Source: a virus (taxonomy: Duplodnaviria; Caudoviricetes). From it: a stretch of 64,000 bases of DNA. Where the stretch lies: positions 1 to 64,000 of the IMG/VR virus record IMGVR_UViG_3300013121_000019; one strand, given 5' to 3'. The notes beneath the pieces were generated by a model. That model did no database searches and was not told the origin of the DNA. It saw only the letters and a program-made list of their open reading frames with translations. The stretch's first letter is position 1, and each line of letters opens with the position of its first letter. Shown piece after piece: positions 11,601 through 19,931 of the stretch. A program made the translations under genes and the position numbers.

Positions 11601-11745
11601 TGAACACCAACGACAGCGAGCGTTGAATGTCGGAGAACGCGAGCTCGAGCTCGCGCCCGCCTAGTGCGTTCTTGCGAAAGCGGGTACCGCTGCCAAGCAT
11701 TCGCTCGACGGCGGTTTGCATCTCGGTGTCGGTGTAGCTCGCCAT
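8665..11745 (-). CDS. Large virion structural protein
   Basis: 1026 aa with helical ends and a beta-rich core similar to segments of the J-like protein. Confidence 0.6.
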   Translation of the reverse strand: MASYTDTEMQTAVERMLGSGTRFRKNALGGRELELAFSDIQRSLSLVFMLRPRAVFYAMALAARKLLSLVRNEIEALEEITDLVDTLARQSDPIVDITPLGNAAAAIRDLTLSVGQRASAPRSLAKTPAYARFAKNIDAFARKSLAPNVVVGSRVTKSPEEARLLLPQKLRDLATAHADVVRRAGLLVAALDSYNALELPSKTASDTLNRIRAEVLDVYAAYMAGSTSARAEMARSSLLTLLTAKSLVLNVSSLHVPAASADLPDGTTGGSFASSAYPATPAALTTEMLGPWAFNSSAVDPDDTNRTLLIAVDDPSETVTVVLSPPTEAQLRGSVEGPFLFTENSSATLPLSAEPYNTTGLSDRRFELYLSRQGVGTKRIEVTLPNGAAVSAAQVEALLTAQLASTGMSSDFTCAVVVGCPRITANQPGPAYSCVVGARTEANALFGLTSGHKLTGTPDNRELSLVANSTEYSVALPAGLLSLSDVVTALTGLVPEVVPSGYPAGSPKYLQLTSTLAGYGSLLEMRSSPAQQVLGFVAGSTARSTSMTSADVARQLSRVSPRITATAVDTTVLSRVSARSVGPGTVMLFRVSGVAADLEVVGTTDVRATIADGSFDAVRVGDQLLVISGTNAGKSWIVSEVSASQLIATGPIAPVADNDIIEVVPTTGIIGMFLSIPTGPNAGGYRVVTANPDVPAHVQLDRQLVETPSTFVCNVSQQRVRIESRRADLTSRLSVDGGALPAFFDSYPVRAVGTSPWFRLRKDARYLSTSKYEVEVGDHVDMFASNYAAYTRRHTVVAVFTAADGGSVVQVSPEFPSDEDDSSWSFQSGVQVPFGRVTNQDLERYETLQARLAAWLRLSVNTSAFFRTLNAALSPLITNVSSSRASVNAAKARLFELHDVLAVAGSDDAVATLEYALDQHSSARVPAVDDILTLLRGRGCGRAADVLLAANFQSFFTLTSSTSSYTGALLEASQKVVQKDLPISRFGRTSASEAIRLAALQENDAEYDDIDPEQPDAPDVQTGNVP

Positions 11746-11747
11746 AG

Positions 11748-12122
11748 TTACCGGATGGCTCGATTCAGTTGAAAGCGATCGACACGCTTGACATCATGTA
11801 CAGACATGCGTCGGATGATGCTCCGTAGACGGTCGGCGTCGACGTTGATCTCTCGGCAGATGTAGTTGAACGACGTCACGCGCCGATCTTCTGATTCCCG
11901 CGTCTTCCACATTGGGGTGCCCGGCTGCTCCATGAACAACCAGACGTACGCCGAATGCGCCAACAGCCGGTGCTCCATGCGCCGGCTGCCACGGTACAGA
12001 ATCCAGTCGAAGCAAGCTCGACGGATGATCTCGATCAGCAACAGACGGCAGTTGGACGCATCGTCGTTCTCCTGCGGTTCCGCGCTGGGACGCCATAGGT
12101 CCAGCAAGATCTGTGGAATCAC
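11748..12122 (-). CDS. Hypothetical phage protein (124 aa)
   Basis: GTG start overlapping the TGA of the upstream gene (GTGA); 'SFNYIC..I.VD...LR' motif. Confidence 0.55.
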   Translation of the reverse strand: MIPQILLDLWRPSAEPQENDDASNCRLLLIEIIRRACFDWILYRGSRRMEHRLLAHSAYVWLFMEQPGTPMWKTRESEDRRVTSFNYICREINVDADRLRSIIRRMSVHDVKRVDRFQLNRAIR

Positions 12123-12994
12123 ACCACGGTGATCACCGCGCCGCTTCCTACGATCGGCACCGCTGGGATCTTTGGAACCGAGACGTTCCGTCTTTCTGCC
12201 AGCAAGACTGTTGTCCCGGGCTTTCTTCCGAGCACCGTGAGCTTGGTGTCGGTTACGCTGACTGCTGCAATCGACGGATCGGACGTGCTCCATTGAACAT
12301 CCTCTGACGCGGTTCCGTGTAGGTGTTGCCCATCGCTGGCGAACACGGACGGTACCACGTCCACTGTGTCGCCTACAGCCACTGTGAACGGGGCAGCCGG
12401 TTCCAAGACGACGGACTGAACGATCGGCATCAGCAAGTCTGGCAGGTTGATCGATGGCGCATCAGGAACCACCACAGAGAGCGTCCGATCATCCATTCCG
12501 ACGACCATTACGTCGTACTTCGCGCAGCGCACAAGAGATACTTCGCCGTACCCGTTGCGGTCGAAGCGAAGCTCTACACGCTCCCCCACTACACCGCGCC
12601 CGTCTAGAATGGCGGCCCTGTATTGGGGCACGAAGTGCATCACGAGGTCGCGAGCGGGCACTCCGTTGCCGCGAATGAAAAACCCAGCAGCTAGACAAAA
12701 ACGTGGATCCGGCGACACGGGCTGTACGAACACCGTGCCGCCGAAATCGAACGTGTTGTCGACGTCGTCCTCCACCGTGATGTAGCGTGGATTCTGAAAC
12801 GTCGACTGCGCCTTGAAGATGCGAACCTGGTACTCACCGCTGGCCAGCAGAAAAGCGGCAACTCCGTCAACACCGGATTGCTCCTGAGCGAGCAACTGAG
12901 CCCCGTCGAACGAGTACACCGACACGGTGGCACCCGAGATCGGCGACTTGGCGGGAGTAGTATCGGAAAGCACGATGTTGACGGAGTTGTACAC
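12119..12994 (-). CDS. Ig-like domain virion protein (carboxypeptidase-regulatory-like + Big_2)
   Basis: N-terminal 'PISGATVSVY...SGVDG.A.F.L..GEYQV'; C-terminal 'VQWSTSDPSIAAV...G..PGTT'. Confidence 0.7.
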   Translation of the reverse strand: MYNSVNIVLSDTTPAKSPISGATVSVYSFDGAQLLAQEQSGVDGVAAFLLASGEYQVRIFKAQSTFQNPRYITVEDDVDNTFDFGGTVFVQPVSPDPRFCLAAGFFIRGNGVPARDLVMHFVPQYRAAILDGRGVVGERVELRFDRNGYGEVSLVRCAKYDVMVVGMDDRTLSVVVPDAPSINLPDLLMPIVQSVVLEPAAPFTVAVGDTVDVVPSVFASDGQHLHGTASEDVQWSTSDPSIAAVSVTDTKLTVLGRKPGTTVLLAERRNVSVPKIPAVPIVGSGAVITVV

Positions 12995-13009
12995 TGGTCA
13001 CCTACGCGG

Positions 13010-13222
13010 TTACTGCATCTCGATGATGTCGCCAGGGCGGGGAACGTGCGCCATCCGTAGCGGCCTTCTCGTACAGAAGTCGATCAACCTCGAGCGCAGC
13101 CGCTCCGAGATCAGATGACGCTGTCGAAGGTACACACGGAGCGGCTGACCTGGGACGTACGGAATCACGGCTACCTGGCGATAGCCCGCCTTGTAGTACC
13201 GCAGCTCGAACGTTGCGCTCAT
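13010..13222 (-). CDS. Small protein, possibly beta-grasp fold
   Basis: 70 aa ending 'VPRPGDIIEMQ', reminiscent of ThiS/MoaD-like ends; no terminal GG. Confidence 0.4.
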   Translation of the reverse strand: MSATFELRYYKAGYRQVAVIPYVPGQPLRVYLRQRHLISERLRSRLIDFCTRRPLRMAHVPRPGDIIEMQ

Positions 13223-14214
13223 AGACTCCTCCGGACGACGAAGTCCAGGTTCGGTACCTGAACTTTGAACGCATCGTCGTCCGTCCCTACGGCGGGATCC
13301 AGCAGATCGAACGACGACACATCGCTAGCGATCGGAACCGTGATGCGCCTGACGATGCTGGTGCCACTGATCGCCACGGTCAGCTCTGCCCCGCGCAGCA
13401 GCGTGAACCACACGTAGCCGTTGGTGTTGGTCAGGCGCCAACCGCTGGCACCCAGAACAAGCGACCCGTCCATCCGGACGGGCACCTCCGTGCCGACAAA
13501 CACCGACCGGTTGGCCACCGGAATGCCCTCCGGATCCACTAGCCGGCAGTACCCCATGCAGTACTGCTCCGGCGACGGACGCGTTGTCGGCGACGGTCGA
13601 AACGCCGGATAGAAGGCAGACGTGAGCTCCGTGTCGCTGTTGCTCCATCGGAACGTGTAGTAGGCGTCCTGCGACCCGTGCGGATCGACGAAGGTGTAGG
13701 CTGCCTGCTGCGAGACCAGCGCGATCCTCCCGTCGTTGCCGTGGGCCTGTAGCCCGAGCATGCCCAGGGCCGCGGCTGCGGCCCCGCCTGTGACCTCCTG
13801 GGTGGCCTGCAGGCCCGTCTGGACGGTCTTGAACAGGGCACGGAGCCCGTCGACCTCGCCGGTCAGGCGCCCGGAGCTCTTGGCCGTGACCTGCGCCGCC
13901 ATGGACGACAACGACACAGGATCTGGACCATCGAAGGTCACCGTGGTGGCGGTGCCGGTGACCGAGATGACGAGGTCCTTGCCGGCGATCTTCTGGGCGC
14001 CGTCGTAGCCGGTCCGAACGACCGCAGGGCCAGCGACCTCACCGGTCAGCTCGTAGAAAGGGCCACTGGCACCGATGGCGGACTTCCACACCTCGATCTG
14101 ATCGAAGTCCTCCATGACATTGGACAGCTCCGGAACGATGATGCCGATCCGTACGACTGACCCGGCGACGTCTGTAACGACGCCAGCGTGCGACACCACA
14201 ACCTGTGCGGACAT
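13219..14214 (-). CDS. Hypothetical structural protein
   Basis: 331 aa, beta-rich; C-terminal half resembles the second domain of 12119..12994. Confidence 0.55.
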   Translation of the reverse strand: MSAQVVVSHAGVVTDVAGSVVRIGIIVPELSNVMEDFDQIEVWKSAIGASGPFYELTGEVAGPAVVRTGYDGAQKIAGKDLVISVTGTATTVTFDGPDPVSLSSMAAQVTAKSSGRLTGEVDGLRALFKTVQTGLQATQEVTGGAAAAALGMLGLQAHGNDGRIALVSQQAAYTFVDPHGSQDAYYTFRWSNSDTELTSAFYPAFRPSPTTRPSPEQYCMGYCRLVDPEGIPVANRSVFVGTEVPVRMDGSLVLGASGWRLTNTNGYVWFTLLRGAELTVAISGTSIVRRITVPIASDVSSFDLLDPAVGTDDDAFKVQVPNLDFVVRRSL

Positions 14215-14218
14215 GTCG

Positions 14219-14437
14219 TTACTCCGTCTGTAGGAAGTCGCTGAGCTGCTCGACCACGATGTCGATACCGGCCTGCGCGTTCTGGTCGCTGAGACGCTCA
14301 GATCCTGTACGCCCCTTCAGGATCCTTCTGCCGGCCTTGATCCGACTGTCGATTTCCTTTCGGGCTTCCGATGCCCACTCCTTGGTAGCCGTCTGAAGGT
14401 CATCCAAACGCTGGTTGCGCTCCGCTACGGACGGCAT
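14219..14437 (-). CDS. Hypothetical protein
   Basis: 72 aa; start overlaps the sigma gene stop. Confidence 0.55.
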   Translation of the reverse strand: MPSVAERNQRLDDLQTATKEWASEARKEIDSRIKAGRRILKGRTGSERLSDQNAQAGIDIVVEQLSDFLQTE

Positions 14438-15189
14438 CAGCGGTACCTCTCGATCTTGGCGGCGATGCTTGCCTTCGCTCGAGATACATCAGATCCGGTC
14501 AATCCCAACCGCTTGGCGATCGCACCAGGAGCGGTGACTTTCGGCTTTCCATTGCGGCCCAGGAGTAGGTCGTAGACATCCCTCTCGCGCTCCGACAGCA
14601 CGTCCGGCAGAAGGTCCTGGATCTCAGCCATCCGAGAGGCAGCCTGCTGCGTGGGATCCGACTCCCACTGCGACGACGGAATGTCCCGCCGTAGCGACCG
14701 GCGTAGCTGCTCCACCTGCCGTACCGGCATGCCGAGTCGAGACGCGATCTCTTTGGAAGTAGCCTGCACGCCGGTCTCACCCTCGATGTCGTCGCGAGCT
14801 CGTTGGAAGTCGCCGATGCGGTTCGTCAGCTGCTCGCTGATCGATCCCATGTTCTGCCGTTGGGCGTTGTACCTCTTCAGCTTCTGGATGTGGGTGTTGA
14901 CGTAGGTCGGGAGGGCCGCCCCACCTGTGGGGCTCCACTGCTCGATTGCGTGCATCGTCAGCAGCATCCCCTCGGCCTTGAACGCGGCCTCGGGAATGTG
15001 CGGAGCCTTCCAGAGCCGCATCTTCTGGTTCAGTAGCGGCTCGAAGTGCGTGAGCATCGGGCCCATCAGCTCGGGCGGACGACCTGCTTCGTTCCAGGCG
15101 TGCCAGTGCTGATGAACCCGATCGGTCTTGGTTTCTGCTGCTGCCGACTTCTTCTGCTCGTCGAGAAACTCATCGATGGGATTCGGCAT
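14437..15189 (-). CDS. Phage RNA polymerase sigma factor (sigma70 family, FliA/SigB-like)
   Basis: Region 2-like 'AIEQWSPTGGAALPTYV', region 3 'TSKEIASRLGM', region 4 HTH 'LSERERDV...IAKRLGLTGSDVSR'. Confidence 0.85.
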   Translation of the reverse strand: MPNPIDEFLDEQKKSAAAETKTDRVHQHWHAWNEAGRPPELMGPMLTHFEPLLNQKMRLWKAPHIPEAAFKAEGMLLTMHAIEQWSPTGGAALPTYVNTHIQKLKRYNAQRQNMGSISEQLTNRIGDFQRARDDIEGETGVQATSKEIASRLGMPVRQVEQLRRSLRRDIPSSQWESDPTQQAASRMAEIQDLLPDVLSERERDVYDLLLGRNGKPKVTAPGAIAKRLGLTGSDVSRAKASIAAKIERYR

Positions 15190-15210
15190 GATCGACTCCT
15201 GTCGATGTTG

Positions 15211-15237
15211 TTATGCCCGAAGTATGTAGGATGTTGC
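15211..15237 (-). promoter_or_regulatory. Shared promoter-like motif upstream of the sigma gene
   Basis: Minus strand reads GCAAC-N15-GGCATAAC, followed by AGGAG and ATG. Confidence 0.6.
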
Positions 15238-15238
15238 G

Positions 15239-15613
15239 CTACCGTGTGACGGGCGTGAGCCGCTGAACCGGGGCCATGCGTGCCCGATCGGCGATCTTCT
15301 GCAGCTCATCCTCGAGAGCCCAGAACATGATCGAGGCGGCCTTATCGAGGAGCGTCGTCCCGGCCTCCGCGGACCCGAGGCCCGGCATCATCTTGCTGAC
15401 GTCGCTGTGCATCTGGCTGGCGGCGGTGTTGGTGTTGTTGAACGCATCGCGGAGTGCACCGACCGACACCTGTTGGTCGATCTCCTTGACGGCCGGCGAG
15501 CCCGTCATCGGCGCCGGATCGAGGCGGTACGGTGCCGATCGAGGCGTGGACGGGCGGTCGTTGGAGTTGTCCTCGAGGATCGTTCCGGAGGCCATCTTGA
15601 GTTGTCCGATCAT
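15239..15613 (-). CDS. Hypothetical protein with 'EDELQKIA' motif
   Basis: 124 aa; motif shared with neighbouring genes. Confidence 0.6.
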   Translation of the reverse strand: MIGQLKMASGTILEDNSNDRPSTPRSAPYRLDPAPMTGSPAVKEIDQQVSVGALRDAFNNTNTAASQMHSDVSKMMPGLGSAEAGTTLLDKAASIMFWALEDELQKIADRARMAPVQRLTPVTR

Positions 15614-17301
15614 AGTGCGCTCTTCGTGGTTGCAGGGTCGGGCATCCCGACGGTTCTGGCGATCTGGTTGATGGACGCGCCACGACGTCCCAGCGACCCA
15701 GGATGCGTGGCGACCTGTTGTGTGCGTGCGAGGCGTTGCGCGGGAGAAGTCATCGATGCCTTCTCGAACGCCGCAAGTGCGCGCTCAGCGACAGGATCTG
15801 CGAGTTTCTGTCGCGCGTACGGAGACGGACGATGTAGCGGCGCCGGGAAGTACTGGTTGTTGCGCGCATTCAGCGGACCCATGTCGGTGCCGGCCGAGTA
15901 CTGCGACTCCTCCATGGCGACCTTCTTCAGAGCTTCTGCGGCCGCGTGCGACAACGCAGACGATCCGTGTCTGGATGCGTCGTGCAGATCGTACAACAGC
16001 GAGCCACCGATTACGCCTACAGTCGACAGCCCCAACGCCTTAGCAGCAGCCGACATCGGATGCGACTTGCGCCCGACTTCGTGCTCGTCGGCGTCGTGGT
16101 GCCGCCCGTCACCCACGTAGCGTGTGTACGCCGCCGTCTTCGGTTGCGCGTACGGTCCCGGGATCTTCCGGACCTCGCCAAAGTAGTAAGGGTTGTCCTC
16201 CTTGGTACGGATCGCGCCCTGGGTGCCCCAGCCGTTGTACGAAGAGGTCTCGAACGCCAGCTTGCCTACGAGGTCAGGCCGTCGCTGCCGCAGGCGCTCC
16301 AAGAGCGTGTCGACCGAGGTCGCCGCGTGCTTGTGATGCACCGACTTATCGACCTCTTTGACGTATTCCTTGAGCACACCCTTGTGGGCCGTCTCCTTGG
16401 ACTTCTGCAGGGCCAGTCGGAGGGCACCGCTACCGACAGCGCCCTTGAATGCGTCAGCCGCCACTGTCAGCGCCTTCTCCTTCGCGCTGTGTCCCTTGGT
16501 CCAGCGACCGGTCTCGATCTTGCGCGCCACACTCATCGTCACAGGATTCAGCACACCGCCGACGACCGCGTCACGCGCGACCTCACGAGCCCGCGGCCTC
16601 TGCTGCTCGAGCTGCTCCAGTACTGTCAGGCTGCGTTTGGCGTCTTCATCGGTGACGAATCCGAGCTTGTTGAGCTCATCTACCATCGCGGCTGTCTTGT
16701 TGTGCTGAGCCAGCACACGATCGAACGCCGCGGCAGCTTCCTGACCGGTTCCACCACGACGCAGAACCGCATCGTGCGCAGCTGCCGCAGCCTCATGAGC
16801 CTTGATGTCTTCTTCCGACGGCCTAAAGAAGTCGAAGAAGCCGGCGGTCTTCAGCTGCTGGCGAACCAGCGCAGGCGTCACCTTGTTCATCTGATTCCTC
16901 TTCCGCAGGGCCAGCTTCAGGTCTTCGACCAGCACCGCATCGATCGGGCCAAGGAACTTCGGATCGTCGTAGTGCTCCAGATAGAGCTCTCGGGCTTCTT
17001 GTTCCGTGAGACAACCGAGGATGATCTTGTCCTCGTCGAAGCCGGTGCCGTCCTCTCGGTGCTGATGCACAACGAACGCCACGGGAGCGTCCTTGTGCGG
17101 ACCGACGTAGCAGTCGATGCCCTCGCCATCCTTGCCCTTGGTGCCGACCAGGTACCCGTACGGTGCCTTCATAACGGTGCGCCAGGGCTTGCCGTCTTTG
17201 TCCTTGCCCGAGCGTACGGATCCCTTGCGATTCTCGACCGCGACCTCGAGGCCCTGGAAGTTCAGGTGCCCCTGCAGCCGGTATGCTGTCTTGTGGTTCA
17301 T
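15610..17301 (-). CDS. Multidomain protein with N-terminal phage inorganic-pyrophosphatase-like (InPase) domain
   Basis: 'GLEVAVENRKGSVRSGKD..GKPW...M..PYGY..GT.G.DG..IDCYVG...FDEDKIILG' is the polyvalent-protein InPase signature. Confidence 0.8.
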   Translation of the reverse strand: MNHKTAYRLQGHLNFQGLEVAVENRKGSVRSGKDKDGKPWRTVMKAPYGYLVGTKGKDGEGIDCYVGPHKDAPVAFVVHQHREDGTGFDEDKIILGCLTEQEARELYLEHYDDPKFLGPIDAVLVEDLKLALRKRNQMNKVTPALVRQQLKTAGFFDFFRPSEEDIKAHEAAAAAHDAVLRRGGTGQEAAAAFDRVLAQHNKTAAMVDELNKLGFVTDEDAKRSLTVLEQLEQQRPRAREVARDAVVGGVLNPVTMSVARKIETGRWTKGHSAKEKALTVAADAFKGAVGSGALRLALQKSKETAHKGVLKEYVKEVDKSVHHKHAATSVDTLLERLRQRRPDLVGKLAFETSSYNGWGTQGAIRTKEDNPYYFGEVRKIPGPYAQPKTAAYTRYVGDGRHHDADEHEVGRKSHPMSAAAKALGLSTVGVIGGSLLYDLHDASRHGSSALSHAAAEALKKVAMEESQYSAGTDMGPLNARNNQYFPAPLHRPSPYARQKLADPVAERALAAFEKASMTSPAQRLARTQQVATHPGSLGRRGASINQIARTVGMPDPATTKSAL

Positions 17302-18785
17302 CGATGTAGTAGCTTGGCCGCCGGTGCAGCCGCCAAGATCCCGAGGCCAGCGGTGTCGAGCACCGCATGACCGGTCTCACCGAGGAGCTGCTTGTGCTCG
17401 ATGTCCTGATCGGTGGCGCCCTTGCCGGCTCGAAGGTGCGCCTGGATCCGGTCGGCGCCGATGGCGCCAAGCACCCCTAGCCCTGCCGCGTCAAGGTGGT
17501 CTTCATGATGGTGCAGCCACTTAGCCAGCCGCCGCCCAGCATGCTCTGTTGCCTCTGCTGTGGCGGACGCCTGCTTGGGCTGCACCAACTCCGGGTACTG
17601 TTTGGCAATCTCCCGGTAGACCTTCATTGCCTTCGGACCAGTCGGCGGTTTCTTCTCGGACTTTGCTGCTTCTGCGATCTTCTGCAGCTCGTTGAGAAAC
17701 GAGGAACGAATCGATGCCATCTTCGGCGACGGCACGGTCGGCAGTGTCTGCGCCGCCGGTTGTGGCACCGGCGCGGGCGGCGGAAGACGAGGAGGGAGCT
17801 TCGAGTAGTCGATCTCATGCGGGAGAGCGCCGCTTGGATTGAACACTTCGCGTCGTAGCTTGTTCATGTCGACGGCGTCTTCGGTGTGTCGGCGCGCAAA
17901 CATCTGTCCGTCGAAGGTATTGGCAATGTTGTTCTCGCGGTAGGACTTGATTGCCGGAGACGTTTGCCCGACAGCGCTCGGTAGCGAGTCGACGATCTTT
18001 GTGCCCTCTGGCGTGTGCACCACGTTCCCGGGGTTGTGCCGGTAGGTACTCCCTCGGTTTACCACGGTGTCGCCAATGTCGTATCCCTTGGCGGCCATCG
18101 GCGCGATCACCGTACTGTGCACACGCGCCAACTCCGCATCGGCGTTCCCGCCGTGCGCGTCGGCAAGATTCGTCATGCCCGGAACCCACTCGTGCTGGCT
18201 GGTGTACTGCGGAGACTGTTGCGTGCCGACGTTTTGATGCCCGTACATGGCTGGCACCATCGCCTTTGCCTCAGGCGACAGCGCACGCATCTGATCGGTC
18301 GTGGTCTGCTTCAGATCCAGCAGCTGCCCAGTGTACTGACCACGGGTGATCGGCGAGTCGGGCTTGTAAAGCTTGCGTGCGAGGTCACCGGTCGGGTTGG
18401 GCGCTACCGGGGCAGGCGTCGGGGCAGTGTCCCGTAGTAGCGCGGCACGCCCTTGAGGTGACTGCATGACGTTGGCGGACGGCGCGCGCCCCTGCAGGCC
18501 GAGCTGCTTCTTGTTCGCCTGGTACTGCTGGAACCGTTGTTGAAACGTCGGGTCTGCGGCCCGCTGACGAGGGCCCGCAGCGCCGATCATGCGGTCGACG
18601 CCGGCTTCTGCCCCACCGCCCGACACATCCACCACCTGTCGAGGCGCCAGATTGAGCTGGGCCGCACCTCGCGCGATCTGGCTGGTCTGCTGGGTGTTGC
18701 CCGCTGCGTTCGCAATTCGCCATTCCTTGACCGATCGTGTAAGAGCGAACTTCTCCAGAGCGGCCTGCAGTACGCGATCCATCAC
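17298..18785 (-). CDS. Protein with protein-kinase-like domain
   Basis: Motifs in kinase order: GGGAEAGV, LARKLY, VPAMYG, HEWVPG, IGD...NPGNVV, KIVD. Confidence 0.55.
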   Translation of the reverse strand: MMDRVLQAALEKFALTRSVKEWRIANAAGNTQQTSQIARGAAQLNLAPRQVVDVSGGGAEAGVDRMIGAAGPRQRAADPTFQQRFQQYQANKKQLGLQGRAPSANVMQSPQGRAALLRDTAPTPAPVAPNPTGDLARKLYKPDSPITRGQYTGQLLDLKQTTTDQMRALSPEAKAMVPAMYGHQNVGTQQSPQYTSQHEWVPGMTNLADAHGGNADAELARVHSTVIAPMAAKGYDIGDTVVNRGSTYRHNPGNVVHTPEGTKIVDSLPSAVGQTSPAIKSYRENNIANTFDGQMFARRHTEDAVDMNKLRREVFNPSGALPHEIDYSKLPPRLPPPAPVPQPAAQTLPTVPSPKMASIRSSFLNELQKIAEAAKSEKKPPTGPKAMKVYREIAKQYPELVQPKQASATAEATEHAGRRLAKWLHHHEDHLDAAGLGVLGAIGADRIQAHLRAGKGATDQDIEHKQLLGETGHAVLDTAGLGILAAAPAAKLLHR

Positions 18786-19129
18786 GACCTCCCGAGCTCG
18801 CCGATCGGGCGGCCCTTTCTGATGCCCTTGGCCAACATCGTCGATACCCGCAGAGGGCGGCGACCCGACCTGAACTTGCCGAAGTGACGGGCAAAGTCGC
18901 TGGCTTGCTTGGTGTCCTCGTCCGGCATCAGCGCCAGCGCTCCGCCGGCCGCGGTCGCCAGGCCACCGAGCAGCAGGCCCTTGCCAACGGTCGATGCAGC
19001 ATTCCCGATGGCCTTCTTGGCGGATACCGCGGCGCCAGGCGCCCGGTCGGCCAAGTACTTCATGACGCCTGCAATCTTCTGCAGCTCGTCAGAAAAGGCC
19101 CGCATTTGTACGTCGAGTAGGTGTTGCAC
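18782..19129 (-). CDS. Hypothetical protein with 'AFSDELQKIA' motif and hydrophobic segment
   Basis: C-terminal part of the 18782..19579 ORF; plausible starts GTG 19129 or ATG 19105. Confidence 0.55.
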   Translation of the reverse strand: MQHLLDVQMRAFSDELQKIAGVMKYLADRAPGAAVSAKKAIGNAASTVGKGLLLGGLATAAGGALALMPDEDTKQASDFARHFGKFRSGRRPLRVSTMLAKGIRKGRPIGELGRS

Positions 19130-19192
19130 GGACCCAAAGTTACCACCGGCTGGGCTGCGGCGGCTACTGGGGCTTGACAGGACCCAAACGGT

Positions 19193-19220
19193 GCAAAATC
19201 GACCTGTCAAGTAGGCATAA
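19193..19220 (+). promoter_or_regulatory. Shared promoter-like motif
   Basis: GCAAA-N16-GGCATAA; overlapped by the inverted repeat CTTGACAGG/CCTGTCAAG. Confidence 0.6.
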
Positions 19221-19283
19221 CAATAGTGAAGGAAGTAATGAGCACACTTCCTCGCCGACAACCAAGTGCTCAGGTGATTGATC

Positions 19284-19835
19284 ATGAAGATCGACCTCGC
19301 GTCGCAGCTCGCCGAGATGTCCGCCGAGGAGCTCGAGGATGCCATCAACGGCGGCAACAGCGGCCTCATCGCCAGCATGGCCGCGCACTGGGCCAAACAG
19401 GAGGGCCTCACGCCCGAGCAGGCCACCAGGCTGAAGGGCCTGCTGGCCGACGCCGCCGGCATGGGCCGCAAGAACATCGAGTCGCTGCACGCGAAGGCGG
19501 CACCGACGCCGAAGACGGCGGCCGAAGACGCCGCGGAGATGCTGCAGGCTGAGGCGAACCGTCTGAAGGGCCTCCGCAACGCCTACGCGGAGCTCGAGCA
19601 ACACGAACGCCGGTCGGCCGCCCTTCGACACGCCGCCATGCCGGAGCGGTTCGAGGCGGAGCAACTCGCGGAGGTCGAGCAGCGGCGGCGGCAGCCCGAA
19701 CAGGCACACGCGGAAGGCCAGCGGTACGCCGAGCGTGAGCTCCGCGCGATCGCGAAGGCCACCGGCGCCATGGTGGCGACGGTGGCCGGCTCCATGGTGC
19801 TCGCCGTGCTGGTGAAGAAGGCGCTGCGCCAGTAG
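19284..19835 (+). CDS. Accessory coiled-coil protein with C-terminal hydrophobic helix
   Basis: High GC3 codon use; has its own promoter motif and a downstream hairpin. Confidence 0.65.
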   Translation: MKIDLASQLAEMSAEELEDAINGGNSGLIASMAAHWAKQEGLTPEQATRLKGLLADAAGMGRKNIESLHAKAAPTPKTAAEDAAEMLQAEANRLKGLRNAYAELEQHERRSAALRHAAMPERFEAEQLAEVEQRRRQPEQAHAEGQRYAERELRAIAKATGAMVATVAGSMVLAVLVKKALRQ

Positions 19836-19931
19836 GAACATCGGCCGTCGTCTGTTCCTTCCGGCGGCCGGTTAGGGCGGGTCGGTCACCCGCCCGGGAA
19901 GAGGTTGAGCAGCGAAAGCTGTTCCTTCTTT

